NCBI RefSeq assembly: GCF_006345805.1 | Contig: NC_043000.1 | Coordinates: 156,550,001 to 156,614,000 of the forward strand | Reading direction: 5' to 3' | DNA: 64,000 bases | Origin: Octopus sinensis | Taxonomy: Eukaryota | Part shown: positions 10,900 to 23,155 of the stretch, in pieces | How the letters are laid out: each line of letters starts with the position of its first letter | Numbering within the stretch: position 1 is the first letter of the stretch | Made by a program: the position numbers and the translations under genes | The notes under the pieces: model-generated | The model's database searches: none | The model's input: the letters and a program-made list of their open reading frames with translations, nothing else | What the model was told of the DNA's origin: nothing

Positions 10900-12149
10900 G
10901 TAAAGAAATTATTTAAAATGCAGCTGCATTAGGCGAAAAACTTTGCGATTACGTGATTGATGGCTGGATTGATTGATTGATTGATAAATGAACTACAACC
11001 AGTGCGTGTGTTTTAATCGGAAGAAAATTAAAAGTACAAGTTTTAACACGCAGTTTCACATCAAGAATCTTGTGAAAAGAGCGTCTACAAAAAGAGAAAC
11101 ACACACACACACACACACACACAAACTTAATCATCAGCTTTTAAACAAGTGAATTCAATGATTAATTTAGAAAAATAACATTTTGGGGTTGCGACACTCA
11201 TATCTTTATCATGGTCGATAATCGGCAAAAAAATGTGTTAACTATAAATAGAATCTAGATCACGAAGTCATTTCTTAAATTCACCCCATTCGCAAACACC
11301 ATCACTCACACCAGCACTATATCACCATGCTCGGTATACAGTGCAAATTTATATAGTTTCTCACCCTCTCTTTTTAAGGATATTTTATAACGATAAGGTT
11401 GGGGCAGATACAGTTAACTACAAAGATAACGATCAGCTGACGTCAATTAATAAAAATCATTAAAGAAAATTCTTTAGAAGAGGCCGATAAAAGTGCTATC
11501 ACTCAGGTTTATTTAATTTTGCTATACATATGTGGCTGCCCCATATCAGCAAGATACGTCTGAGAAATTCCCAGATACATCCGCAAGCTATTTTTCATAA
11601 ATAGTTTGCTCTCCCCGAATACCTCACATCCATAAAAAATTCCTTCTCATTCACTCACCTTAGTTAGTTTCACACGTCACCACCTTTAACAGCTATTTAC
11701 ATAAGTGAATGGCTCATTATCATACAAGTGGGATGTGATGTGTGAGCCAGTTTAATGTGTGCGTGTGTGTATGTGTGTGTGATTCTGCGCTTTTGTGCGC
11801 ATAGGAAAGAAAAACAAAAATGTTCGATAAATGATAATACAAAACCCTGACACATACTTCGCTTCTGGCATTGTAATATGTTTCTAAGCAAGAACCTCTA
11901 ACCCGCTACCCTTGCATCGGAAGTGACTGTAAGCACTATATTGTATTTTCCAATGCGCAGAAGAAATGGCTGAGTGGTTACGGCTTTGTACTGTATTGAT
12001 CCATGAATAGTGAGTTCAAAAATGAAGCGTAAATAAAATCCGTTGCTCCTGTGCATGTCTCATAATCTTTTTAATTTCACAGTTCACCAACATCTTGCTA
12101 CTTGCAGCAGAGTATCCCGCTATATTTCAGGAGCGATCTGTCATTCATT

Positions 12150-12250
12150 TTAGTGTTCGCTTCTTCCGTGGGTATGAGTAAGTATCTCATTTACTTCTTT
12201 GCCACATGTATCACTGACGAAGGGAGGGTTCTTTTTGAACTAACCCTGAA
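12150..12250 (+). repeat. Inverted partial copy of the hammerhead element
   Basis: 101 bp reverse complement of 12827-12927 with 2 mismatches. Confidence 0.9.
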
Positions 12251-12360
12251 TGCGATAGAAAAAATAATGAAGCATCATGCATTGTAGCTCTAAGCATAAC
12301 CCATAAAGGTTACCAACATATTCTTAAAGCTTTTTTCTTCTGAAACAACTTCTTCAGAAT

Positions 12361-12402
<42 letters not shown>

Positions 12403-12408
12403 TGTGTG

Positions 12409-12439
<31 letters not shown>

Positions 12440-12664
12440 CGTGCGTGCGTCAAATGTATCGTTTTCGAAGTTCATAGACCATCGGGAAAATAATTTTAAC
12501 GTTTCGGATAATATACTTTTTCCCGAAAGAAGGTTCTTTCATTAGTTCATGTAAATATTGCCAATACTTGCACTACTGCAATGCAAATAAAGGCAAACAA
12601 ATTTCGTTCTTTCTGAAAATGCGTATGCTCTAAATAGGCTCAAATTGATATATATATATATATA

Positions 12665-13053
12665 ACTTATAAATAAGGGCAAACGAAAAAATGTCTAATG
12701 CCAAATATGCCGAAAATTGGACATATTGTCCATTTACCATATAATTTTTTTCTCAGTACGCACGCTACTCAAAAAAAGGCCGACAGAAATTTCTAAAACA
12801 TTCCATTATTACCATATCGGACCGATTTCAGAGTTAGTTCAAAAAGAACCCTCCCTTCGTCAGTGATACATGTGGCAAAGAAGTAAATGAGATACTTACT
12901 CATACCCACGGAAGAAGAGAACACTAAGTCATGAGCACAACTAAATACCCCAAATAAATCCAAAATAGAAATACTCCAGCCCATTCAAGACACGTGCGAT
13001 TTGAACTGAGGCACTCACAAAGTGGGAGAGTCCGGAAGTGAATACTATTTAAT
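12665..13053 (-). mobile_element. Short non-coding hammerhead-bearing element flanked by (TA)n
   Basis: Unique about 390-bp block between two (TA)n tracts containing an intact hammerhead core; element boundaries inferred. Confidence 0.55.
12804..12873 (-). ncRNA. Type I hammerhead ribozyme candidate
   Basis: UAUCA-CUGACGA-AGGGAGGGUUC UUUUU GAACUAACUCU-GAAA-UCGG U CCGA-UA/UGGUA. Core intact, stems I-III pair, predicted AUA cleavage between 12815 and 12814. Confidence 0.75.
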
Positions 13054-13096
13054 TATATATATATATATATATATATAATATAATTATTATATATAT

Positions 13097-13138
<42 letters not shown>

Positions 13139-13142
13139 CATA

Positions 13143-13181
<39 letters not shown>

Positions 13182-13184
13182 ATA

Positions 13185-13545
13185 TTTTATTCTTTTACTT
13201 GTTTTCGTCATTTGGCTGAGCCATACTGGAGCACTACCTCAAAGGGTGTTAGTCGAAGAAATCGATCCCAGGACTTATTCTTTGTAATCCTGGTACTTGC
13301 CGAACCGCTAAGTTACAAGTTATAAAAGGTACTTTTATAACTTCTCAAGATGAATGCTGCAGTTTAGATAACTTTCAACCTATATACATACTTTGAGCAT
13401 GTCCATACAGCTCTTTATCACACCCAAGCCTGCATCTTTGGTCAAGTGTCTTCCACTATAGCCTCGGGCCGTCCATGTTTTGTGAGTGGATTTGGTAGAC
13501 GGAAACTGGAAGAAGCTCGTCGTATATGTGTTGTGTGTGTGTGTG

Positions 13546-13581
<36 letters not shown>

Positions 13582-13630
13582 CCGTCTGTCTGTTCCTCTA
13601 CCATCGCTTGACAACTGATGCTCATGTGTT
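13185..13630. mobile_element. Two SINE family A fragments in opposite orientation
   Basis: 3' part on minus at 13185-13320; body on plus at 13440-13630, truncated at the LINE junction. Confidence 0.7.
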
Positions 13631-14712
13631 AAGAACAGTCTGGGATGGTGCTTCAAACAGCAGAGTGAATCCTTGCTTGCCGATGTCAGAATTAACAATA
13701 CAATACCTACTGAAAATGTGATGCACCCACAAAAATTTAGGAAACAAGATGAAAATGGAAGAGCAAACAATTGAAAAATGAAACCACGTCATAGGCAAGA
13801 CCTCAAAGAAATCAAAGGAAAAGACAAGATCAACATTCAAATGTGATCTGAAAGGGTGCACTGAAGTATTGATGGTATCGCCCAGAGACAAGATCTGAAA
13901 TCTAATTACACCAAGTTCCAAATAGATAATAATAGCGAATCGCCTCTTTGTAGGATGTATGGCAGCAGAAACTAAACAATCTCACATATTGTGAGTGGGT
14001 GTACTAAGCTGGCCGAAAAGCACTATAAAAGGAGGTACGATAACGTCGCTGTGTTTGTCCACTGGAGGCTATGTGAAAAGTACAGTATGGACAGAGCACG
14101 GATATGGTACGAGCATGAACCAGAAGGAGTCACCAAGAACGAGGAATATAAGATACTGTGGAATTTTACAGTACAATGTGACTCCCTAATCGATGCTCGG
14201 AGACCGGATATTGTGGTAGGTAAGAGAAAAATGGACACCAAGATTATAGATATTGCAATAGCTGGGGATGCATGCTTAAGCGACAAAGAACTGGAAAAGG
14301 TTGGAAAGGACAAACTACTGAAAGACGAAATTGCAAGAATCTGGACTATGTGGATAGTATCTATCATTCTAGTAGTTGTAAGGACACTCGGAGTACTAAC
14401 AACCAAAGCCAAAAGATATGTCAGAGAAATTGGAATTGACATGAGAGCAGAGCAAGCCCCCAAAACTGTGCTGCTGGGGACAGCTAGGATTTTCAGATTG
14501 GTTCTTGGATGTTGAATGTCTCCCACGATAATTAACAACCAAGTACCAAAGCTTATAATGTGCAGAAAGAGACTCTGTGAGACCTGTAACAGCAGGCTGT
14601 TGTCAGCTCTCACAGAATCTTCCAGAGCAAACAAGATCGAGCGCTCTGAGAAGTAAAACGACGACAACAACAACAACATCATCATTATCATCATCATCAT
14701 CAATATCAATAA
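13631..14712 (+). mobile_element. R4/Dong-like non-LTR retrotransposon 3' fragment (RT end, zinc knuckle, RLE endonuclease)
   Basis: KNSLGW, ESPLCRM..HIVSGC..KRRYDNVA..VHW.LC, WYEHEP, ILWNF, RRPDIVV..IIDIA (PD-(D/E)xK); (CAA)/(CAT) triplet tail; frameshifted. Confidence 0.85.
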
Positions 14713-14769
14713 TATTCTTTTATTCTTTTTCAGTCCTAAGGTTGTGGCCATGCTGAAGAACCGCTAGTG

Positions 14770-15060
14770 CGATCACCTTTTCAATGGCCAATCTTATGTG
14801 ATTCGCATTTGGTGAAGGAGAGAGCTCGACATTGTCGCCCTTATTTTTTTTTTAGTTTCCTGCCGTGATATAAGTTCATCTGAGGCCTTGGATAACTGGA
14901 GGTCAAGTTGTTCCTTGTAAACATCTACCCCTACTCCATGAAGATCCGTGAGATGTTTTCGTAAGGCGTTAAATAGCCGTGGGGCCTTGAATCCTCACTC
15001 TAGACGTGATAACCGGGACCTTTGGAATAATGCAATGAATAGATTTCACTGAGGAAGTTT
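14770..15060 (-). mobile_element. CR1-group LINE 3' fragment
   Basis: FKAPRLFNALRKHLTDLHGVGVDVYKEQLD, homologous to 41150-41260. Confidence 0.7.
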
Positions 15061-16329
15061 AATAAAGCTGAAACTTGTCTGTTACTCTAACCAGTTGACT
15101 ATAAAACAAAATCCATTTCAGATTATTCAAACCAGCTCCACGGTGTATGTATGGTGGGGTGCGTTAGCTCACTCCTTTTACAACTCCGTATGAAAATAGT
15201 GGCTTTCTTGCTTGGCACAAAAGGTTTTGTGAGAGGTGTTTATGATTTGGTCTGAAATAGCTGAAGCAATTGTAAAAATCGAGGTGCATGATTTAGGCTG
15301 AAATAGCTGAATGTTCTGTAAGAGTAACATGAGAAATCATTCCTCAGAACACAGAAGTTTTGGTAAACGATCTGAATTTTCTTGAGCTGGAAATGTGAAA
15401 CCTGATTGTTGTTTCGGCCATTAAGAAGTTGTCAAATATGTTAGGATGTTCGTTGCCATAGACAAAAAGAAGCAAGACATAAAAAACGAAAACTTGAAAT
15501 ATTAACCGGAATGGAATTGGATATTTTGGAACAAACTGTATAATTTCATAGCAGATGTCTCTCTCTCCTCTCTGATATAATGTAGAAGTTTATAAAAGTT
15601 ACGTAATGGATTTGTTGTGAAAATGTTAAGCAAATGCTTCTACAGGCATTCATATAAGTGGGGCCGCTGTATAGATGATTTTTAACGGCTTTTTAATCCT
15701 TTACTAGAACATTTCTACATTTTCTATACATGTACCAGTAGGGGAGCCCATGAAGTTACCAGATTGACTTAGCCAAAGATGCAGATAATTAAGTGCATTC
15801 AATCCAGTAAGTTACACAACTTGATTGTATTATGTCCGTTCAAAAGTATTCAATAACAAACACATTGAAACATTTTGTCATTCCTTTTAAACAACCCAAC
15901 CGTCTCTTAAACCGACACAAATACACAGGAGAGAACGGTATGCTTATCAAAATGCTTATCAAAATGAGAATCCATAAATGGCTTTCGGAGAGGTTGCCTA
16001 CAAATTACTGGTTACGCGCTTTGTTTTATATTTTTGAATAAAGTTAAAATATGGTCTGGTTTTTACGTTTTTTTATCATTGTATAAAAACATTTACAATA
16101 TTGAAGTGTGTTAAACATTAAAAAAATATTTGTAATGTTCATAAAGTTTAATTAGCGCTTTCATACGCTCGTAGTAATCATCAGATTTCAAAATGTATTT
16201 AACTGACAGTTGAGTTCTCGACAACTATAGTAAAATGACTGACTTCTTTCTTTTTTTACACATCTTAGAAGGCTCCAACAAGCTGATTTTTTCGAATACG
16301 GTTTTGACCTATTCGCATGTAGCTTAAAC

Positions 16330-17120
16330 GTCATGATTTGCCGAGCGCACTGATATTGCTGGCATACACACAAACAGACAGATAGACACACACACAAAGT
16401 CCTATATACGACGGGCTTCTTTTACATTCTCTCTATCAAATCCACTCGTAAATCTTTAGTTGGCTCGATGCCAGAGTAGAAGACATTTGTCCAAGGTGAC
16501 ACGCAGTGGGAACGAACCCGGAACTAAATCTACTCACAAGTCTTTGGTCGGTCCGAGGCTATAGCAGAAGACACTTGCCCAAGGTGCCACGCAAGCTTCC
16601 AACAAACCACACACACACACACACACAGTTAAATACAAACACAGAAATATGTACATATATAGACGTGCACACAATTTTATATATACACATAGCGAAAATA
16701 CATATACGTATACACACACACACATACACATATACATACGCACATGATCACACATACATCCATGAATGAATGCGTTCTTTTATTCTTTTATACTTTTTGT
16801 TGTATCAGTCATTTGGTTGCGGCCATGCTGGAGCACCGTCTTTAAGGAGTTTTAAACGAACAGATCATCTTCAGAACTTATATTTGAAGCCTGGTATTTA
16901 TTCTATCGGTCACTTATTGCGGAGCTGCTGGCTTACAGGGACGTAAGCACACCAGTACCGATTGTCAAGCGGTGATGGGGGGGGGGCATACACAGACACA
17001 CAACACATACATGCCCCCCATACACATATCTACGACGGGCTTCTTTCAGTTTCCGTCTATCAAATCCACTCATAAATCTTTAGCTGGCTCGAGGCCACAG
17101 TAGAAGACATTTGTCCAAGA
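16330..17120 (-). mobile_element. Cluster of diverged SINE family A pieces
   Basis: Repeated TACGACGGGCTTCTT..AGAAGACA modules at about 16405, 16540 and 17030; 3' half with tail from 16775. Confidence 0.7.
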
Positions 17121-17169
17121 TGTATACGTAAGAATGCGAACCGACCTACATACATACATATATATATAA

Positions 17170-17392
17170 AAATACAAAATGGGACAAGAACGCAAAACAT
17201 CCAGATAGACGATACAAAAAACACGGACGGGTCATTCGAAGCCTTTAATCTTCAGTCAAGAACCGAATCATCCTCGAAATTTCGGCTGATTGATGATCCG
17301 GTTCTTGACTGAAGATTAAAGGCTTCGAATGACCCGTCCGTGTTTTTTATCGTCTATCTGGATGTTTTGCGTTCTTGTCCCATTTCGTATTT
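17170..17392. repeat. Foldback/MITE-like palindrome
   Basis: About 100-bp near-perfect inverted arms (17171-17272 and 17292-17392), 19-nt loop, TA flanks. Confidence 0.9.
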
Positions 17393-17439
17393 ATATATAT
17401 ATTATATACAGCGGAGTATATACACTTTGTTCTCTTATA

Positions 17440-18488
17440 TGTAAGCATACATACATACATACATACATACATACATACATGCAAACATGCATACATACGT
17501 ACATACAAACATGCATACATACATACATACATGCATGCATACATACATACATACATAAAAACATACATACATACATACATACATACATACATACATACAT
17601 AGTGCATACATGTATGCATTCAGGCATGCATGACATACAAACATACATACATACATACATACAAACATGCATACATACATACATACAAACATGCATACAT
17701 ACATACTTACAAACAAACACACATACATACATACATACATACATACATTCATACGTATGTACATACAAACGTACGTGCATAGGTACGTGCTAACATACAT
17801 GCGTACTCACCTACACACACATACGTACGTACATACATGCGTCCATAGATACATACCCATCTACCCATTTACCTGCATACCTGTCTACCTACCCACCTAC
17901 CCCCTACCTACCTACCTACCTACCTTCCGACCTACTTACTTACCTACCTTCCTACTTGCATGCATACATACATGCATACATGCATACATAAATCCATACG
18001 TACAAGCATATACATACGCTAGAATGTGACTGTGTACGTGCCAAAACACACGTGTCGAGTAAAAGAAGTCGGTTTGACGGACTATTTTCCACAACTGATC
18101 AAAACTGGATAATAAAGTCACTAAGTATCACACCAACCTACCCCTCTCTCTCTTTCTCTCTCTCTCTCTCCCCTTTCTTTATTTCTCTCTATCACTTCTC
18201 TTCCTTACCTCTCTCTAATATGAATGTATGTATGTGTGTGTGTGTGTGTGGTATCCTTAGCTCAATCACCTCTTTCTCCTCCTCCTTCCTCCTCTCGCTC
18301 TCTGTCCGTGTCTTTCTTTCTCTCTCCATCTTTGTCTCTCGCTGTATATATATATATATATATGTCATATACACACATATTTGTATATGTCATGTATACG
18401 CATAGATGTATATCTATCGCTCTATCTCTCTCTCTCCTCTCTCTCTCTCTATCTATCTATCTCTATCTATCTATCTATCTATCTATCA

Positions 18489-18561
<73 letters not shown>

Positions 18562-18572
18562 TTATCTATCTA

Positions 18573-18605
<33 letters not shown>

Positions 18606-18970
18606 AATCTATCTATTCTATATATATATATATATATATATAATGTGTGTAGGTATATATATATTATTCTTATATATAATATATATATAATATACATATA
18701 TATGTATGCATTTATGCATGTATACACATACGTACGTGTTTGTTTACACACACACACACAATCGTCTAGGTAGTTCCCACCAACCACCCCACCGCTATCC
18801 TTCTTCCCTTCAATAGCTTTTTTTTTCTTAAGTACAAACCCATGAACAGAACATATATCAAACAAGGGTCAGCATGTTCGCTGTCACAAAGACGATGACA
18901 TTAGCAAGAACAAAAACAGCCACAACAAACCGCAACAACGAAATAGCTACCAGTACTACTACTACTACTA

Positions 18971-19011
<41 letters not shown>

Positions 19012-19152
19012 TTACTACCACTACTACTACTAGTATTACTACCACTACTACTACTATTACTACTACCACTACTAATACTAGTATTACTACTACTACTACT
19101 ACTACTACTATTACTACTACTACTAGTATTACTACTACTACTACTACTACTA

Positions 19153-19186
<34 letters not shown>

Positions 19187-19190
19187 GTTC
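17440..19190. repeat. Compound microsatellite block (CATA, CTAC, TC, TATC, TA, CTA)
   Basis: Direct inspection. Confidence 0.9.
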
Positions 19191-19482
19191 CTGGTACTGT
19201 GATGAAAAAGACGTTTAGTCCTTATACTCCTCCGTCGTTTTGTCTACTACGCACTACTTTTTAAACCCCTTCTGTATCGCCTTCGTTTCCGTAACCCTAA
19301 ACAAAATTGCAGTATTTTTTTTCCTTATGAGTAATTCATCAAGAATCTCGTTTGAATCTTTGACCCCCGTTCACGCTATATATATATACATTCATAGAAT
19401 GTATAGATACATACTTACATAGGTATCTTTCTATCTACTCATATATAAATGTATATATTTGTGTGTGTATATATAATTATAT

Positions 19483-19608
19483 ATACTAAGCAATAAAGGG
19501 TTTAGCAACGAATTGCCTTATTCGGTAAATTCTAAATTCGGTATGTGCTATTTCTAAATTCGGTATGTGGTAAGGCAATTCGTTGCTAAACCCTTTATTG
19601 CTTAGTAT
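19483..19608. repeat. MITE-like palindrome, 38-bp perfect arms
   Basis: 19483-19520 and 19571-19608; interior TATTTCTAAATTCGGTATGTG is shared with 30932 and 50629. Confidence 0.85.
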
Positions 19609-19636
19609 TACTTATAATTATATATATATATATATA

Positions 19637-19860
19637 TCTTTTACTCTCTTTTACTCTGTTTCAATCATCTTTGACTGTGGCCATGCTGGAGCACCGCCTT
19701 TAGTCGACCAAATCAACCCCAGAACTTATCTTTGTAAGCCTAGTACTTATTCTATCGGTGTCTTTTGCCGAACCGCTAAGTTTCGGGAACGTAAACACAC
19801 TAGCATCGGTTGTCAAGCGATGTTGGGGAGACAAACACCGACACACAACATCCCACCCCC

Positions 19861-19918
<58 letters not shown>

Positions 19919-20097
19919 TATACACATATATACGACGTGCTTCTTTCAGTTTCCGTCTACCAAATCCATTCACAAGGCTTTGGTCGGCCCGAGGCTATAG
20001 TAGAAGACATTTGCCCAAGGTGCCTCGCAGTGGGACTGAACCCGGAACCATGTGGTTGGTAAGGAAAGCTACTTACCACACAGCCACTCCTACGCCT
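19637..20097 (-). mobile_element. SINE family A, full length
   Basis: Intact head and tail. Confidence 0.9.
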
Positions 20098-20151
20098 ATA
20101 TATATATCTTACATATTCATATATGTGCGCACACTTATATATATATATATA

Positions 20152-20335
20152 GTTGGAATTTATAGAAAAAGCAAAAGACGAAGACAGGCGTATGAGCAAC
20201 AAACAAGTGTATTAGTTTGACGCCCAGAAAATAAAAAAATCTTTTACGTTTCGAGCCTGTGCTCGCCAACATAAAGGAATAAGAGAAAAACAGAGAGAGA
20301 GAGAGAGAATGAAAAAAGCTTGTAGATTTAGCGTC
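20152..20335 (-). mobile_element. Short PLE-derived element with hammerhead relic
   Basis: GAGC-ACAG-GCTC-GAAACGTA-AAAG at 20241-20277; same family as 29708-29870; duplicated at 20928-21110. Confidence 0.6.
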
Positions 20336-20393
20336 AAGTATGGTGATGTGTGTTCGTGTATATATATATATAGATATATATATATATATATAT

Positions 20394-20622
20394 TGATAAA
20401 AATGGTATGACAACAAAAAAGAAGATACCTTGATATCATGTAATAGAGGAATTATCTGTAAATGTAATATGTGACAATTATTTTCCTTTTATAACGGTCA
20501 TTTCTCATAACATTTTCCCGATGGCCGGATAACTGAAGAGATGGTGGCGTGGTTTCCACCTCGGCATCCGAAACTCGGAGTTTTATCATGGCTACTGAAT
20601 AATTCACATATTAAATTTACAG
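20394..20622 (+). mobile_element. Short non-coding hammerhead-bearing element flanked by (TA)n
   Basis: About 230-bp unique block between (TA)n tracts. Confidence 0.55.
20522..20594 (+). ncRNA. Type I hammerhead ribozyme candidate
   Basis: UGGCC G GAUAA-CUGAAGA-GAUG GUGG..CCAC CUCGG CAUC C-GAAA-CUC G GAG-UU/UUAUC AU GGCUA. Core intact, one unpaired C at the base of stem II, GUU site after 20582. Confidence 0.7.
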
Positions 20623-20663
20623 ATATATATATAATATATACATATATATATTATATATATAGA

Positions 20664-20703
<40 letters not shown>

Positions 20704-21139
20704 CACATATATACGACGTGCTTCTTTCAGTTTCCGTCTACCAAATCCATTCACAGGCTTTGTTCGGCCCGAGGCTATAGTAGAAGACATTTGCCCAAGG
20801 TGCCTCGCAGTGGGACTGAACCCGGAACCATGTGGTTGGTAAGGAAGCTACTTACCACACGCCACTCCTACGCCTATATATATATCTTACATATACATAT
20901 ATGTGCGCACACCTTATATATATATATAGTTGGAATTTATAGAAAAAGCAAAAGACGAAGACAGGCGTATGAGCAACAAACAAGTGTATTAGTTTGACGC
21001 CCAGGAAAATAAAAAAATCTTTTACGTTTCGAGCCTGTGCTCGCCAACAGAAAGGAATAAGAGAAAATAAGCAGAGAGAGAGAGAGAGAATGAAAAAAAG
21101 CTTGTAGATTTAGCGGTCAAGTATGGTGAATGTGTGTGC

Positions 21140-21179
<40 letters not shown>

Positions 21180-21309
21180 ATAAAAATGGTATGACAACAA
21201 AAAAGAAAGATACCTTGATATCATGTAAATAGAGGAATTTATCTGTAAATGTAATATGTGACAATTATTTTCCTTTATATAACGGTCATTTCTCATAACA
21301 TTTTCCCGA

Positions 21310-21383
21310 TGGCCGGATAACTGAAGAGATGGTGGCGTGGTTTTCCACCTCGGCATCCGAAACTCGGAGTTTTATCATGGCTA
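21310..21383 (+). ncRNA. Hammerhead candidate, duplicate of 20522-20594
   Basis: Core CTGAAGA 21321-21327 and GAAA 21359-21362; one extra T in the stem II loop. Confidence 0.65.
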
Positions 21384-21414
21384 CTGAATAATTGTCACAT
21401 ATTAAATTTACAGA

Positions 21415-21452
<38 letters not shown>

Positions 21453-22204
21453 CATACATATCTATGTGTATATTATGCAGCTATGCATCGTTAACACGCT
21501 ACAGGAGATGTCCTTTTGGATTAGAATATCACATTAAAGTCCATTCGAACAGACCAGCCATGTTGAAGTGGCTACGAGCATTACTTGTTAGTACAACTAC
21601 TGCGTTCATCTTTTACAGGAATTTTAGAACTATATATATATATATATATATTATAATTATAAGGTAATAGAGAAGTGCGATCCAAAAGTCCCAAAAGATA
21701 GGCAGTTAGTTAACTTCAAGCAGATATACGGCTTGTATAAATGACATAAAGCAGGTGGAACTTGATCAACAAAGTTTATTAAGCAACGTATGTTATGTAC
21801 TTCGTGCAATGTCAAATTTGCTGGAGATTTCGATTAGATGATTGCTACTATATAACTGACGATTGCACAATGAAAATTGATAATTATGTGATTATAAATT
21901 GGTATGTGTAGGATGGAGACGGTAAATTCGTTCTACATATGTTTCCAAGTAAAGCTGAAGATGTGTAACGTAATTTAAAGCTGTAAGTTATAAATTCAGT
22001 TTGACTCCTCTTCAAGTACCTTTGCTTGCAGGTTACCCATTCTTAATTTTTCTCTAGCATGAATGAAAGTTACAGGCTAACATATGTTCACCTTCCTCTG
22101 GAAACCTCTATCGACACACACACCTATATTATCAGGTGAGGAAAATCCTGCTACTGGTACCATGTAACCCAGTACTACAGTCGAGTTGTCGGCGACTAAA
22201 TTAC

Positions 22205-22418
22205 CAATCCCCACGCCACCGATGTTATCCAAAGGAAAGGCAAATGCCGATAATGCTCGGCACCAGTGACGTCGCAACTCATTTTTACAGATGAGTAAAC
22301 TAGAGCAACCTGAAATTAAGTGTCTTGTTCAAGAACACAACACACAGCTTGGTCCGGGAATCGAACTCGATACTTCATGATTGTGAACCCGACGCTCTGA
22401 CCCCTGAACCATGCGCCT
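22205..22418 (-). mobile_element. SINE family C
   Basis: Minus strand GGCGCATGGTTCAGGGG head, GAGTTCGATTCCC box B, GTGTTCTTGAACAAGACAC. Confidence 0.8.
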
Positions 22419-22544
22419 TTATATATATATATATATATGTGTGTGTATGTATGTATGTATGTATGTATGTATGTATGTATGTATGTATGTATGTATGTAT
22501 GTATGAATGTATATGTAGAAGGTTGAAAAGGAACACATGAGTTG

Positions 22545-22690
22545 ATATATATATATGGAAAAAGTAGAAAATGCTACAATAATTTTATTTAAAAAAAAAC
22601 TTTCAGTACCGGTTTCGGTCATTAAGACTTTTTCAACTGTAAGTACGGAAAACAATTAAATTTTGTAAAAATTAAACGAAAAGTTTTTTA
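22545..22690 (-). mobile_element. Short PLE-derived element with U3-A8 minimal hammerhead
   Basis: CAG-UUGAAAA-AGUC UUAAU GACC-GAAA-CCGG-UA/CUG at 22639-22604. Confidence 0.55.
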
Positions 22691-23155
22691 AAAGAATATT
22701 TGCAAAGTGTTCAAATACAAGTGGCATTTTTCTTGTTTCTGCCTGTCTTTCTCTCTCTTGTTTACTCTTGTGGGTTCGAGGTCGCTGTGAATTCTTGACA
22801 GAGACGAAGAAGAATTAAATTTTGGTGGCCAGTGTCATGTATTGAATTCCTAATGAATATATAACAAATGCTGTATATTTGTTTAAATAATTAAAAACAG
22901 CCAGTCACAAGGCATGTGTGAGTTTTATGCAGATTAGTCCGTTTCCTTTTTCTTATATATATTGCGATTAAGATAAACGGGGGATCACAATTGAATCCTT
23001 CGCCACAGGATCACTGTTGATGTTACCCCTTCTCATCCTTTCAGCTATTGTTTGTGCTTCCGCTACGGCGAGATAGAAATTCGCAGTTTACGACAATTTG
23101 ATCCTTGTTCCTATACCGGTTCTTGCGAAATAAACAAATTACAAAACTTGACAAT

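Larger units (their letters stand above)
19931..21413. repeat. Tandem duplication of about 780 bp
   Basis: 19931-20622 repeated at 20712-21413; differences are mostly 1-nt indels. Confidence 0.9.

Noticed and set aside
17301-17340. CTGAAGA in the palindrome arm as a hammerhead
   Set aside because: No stem II, GAAT instead of GAAA, no NUH site.
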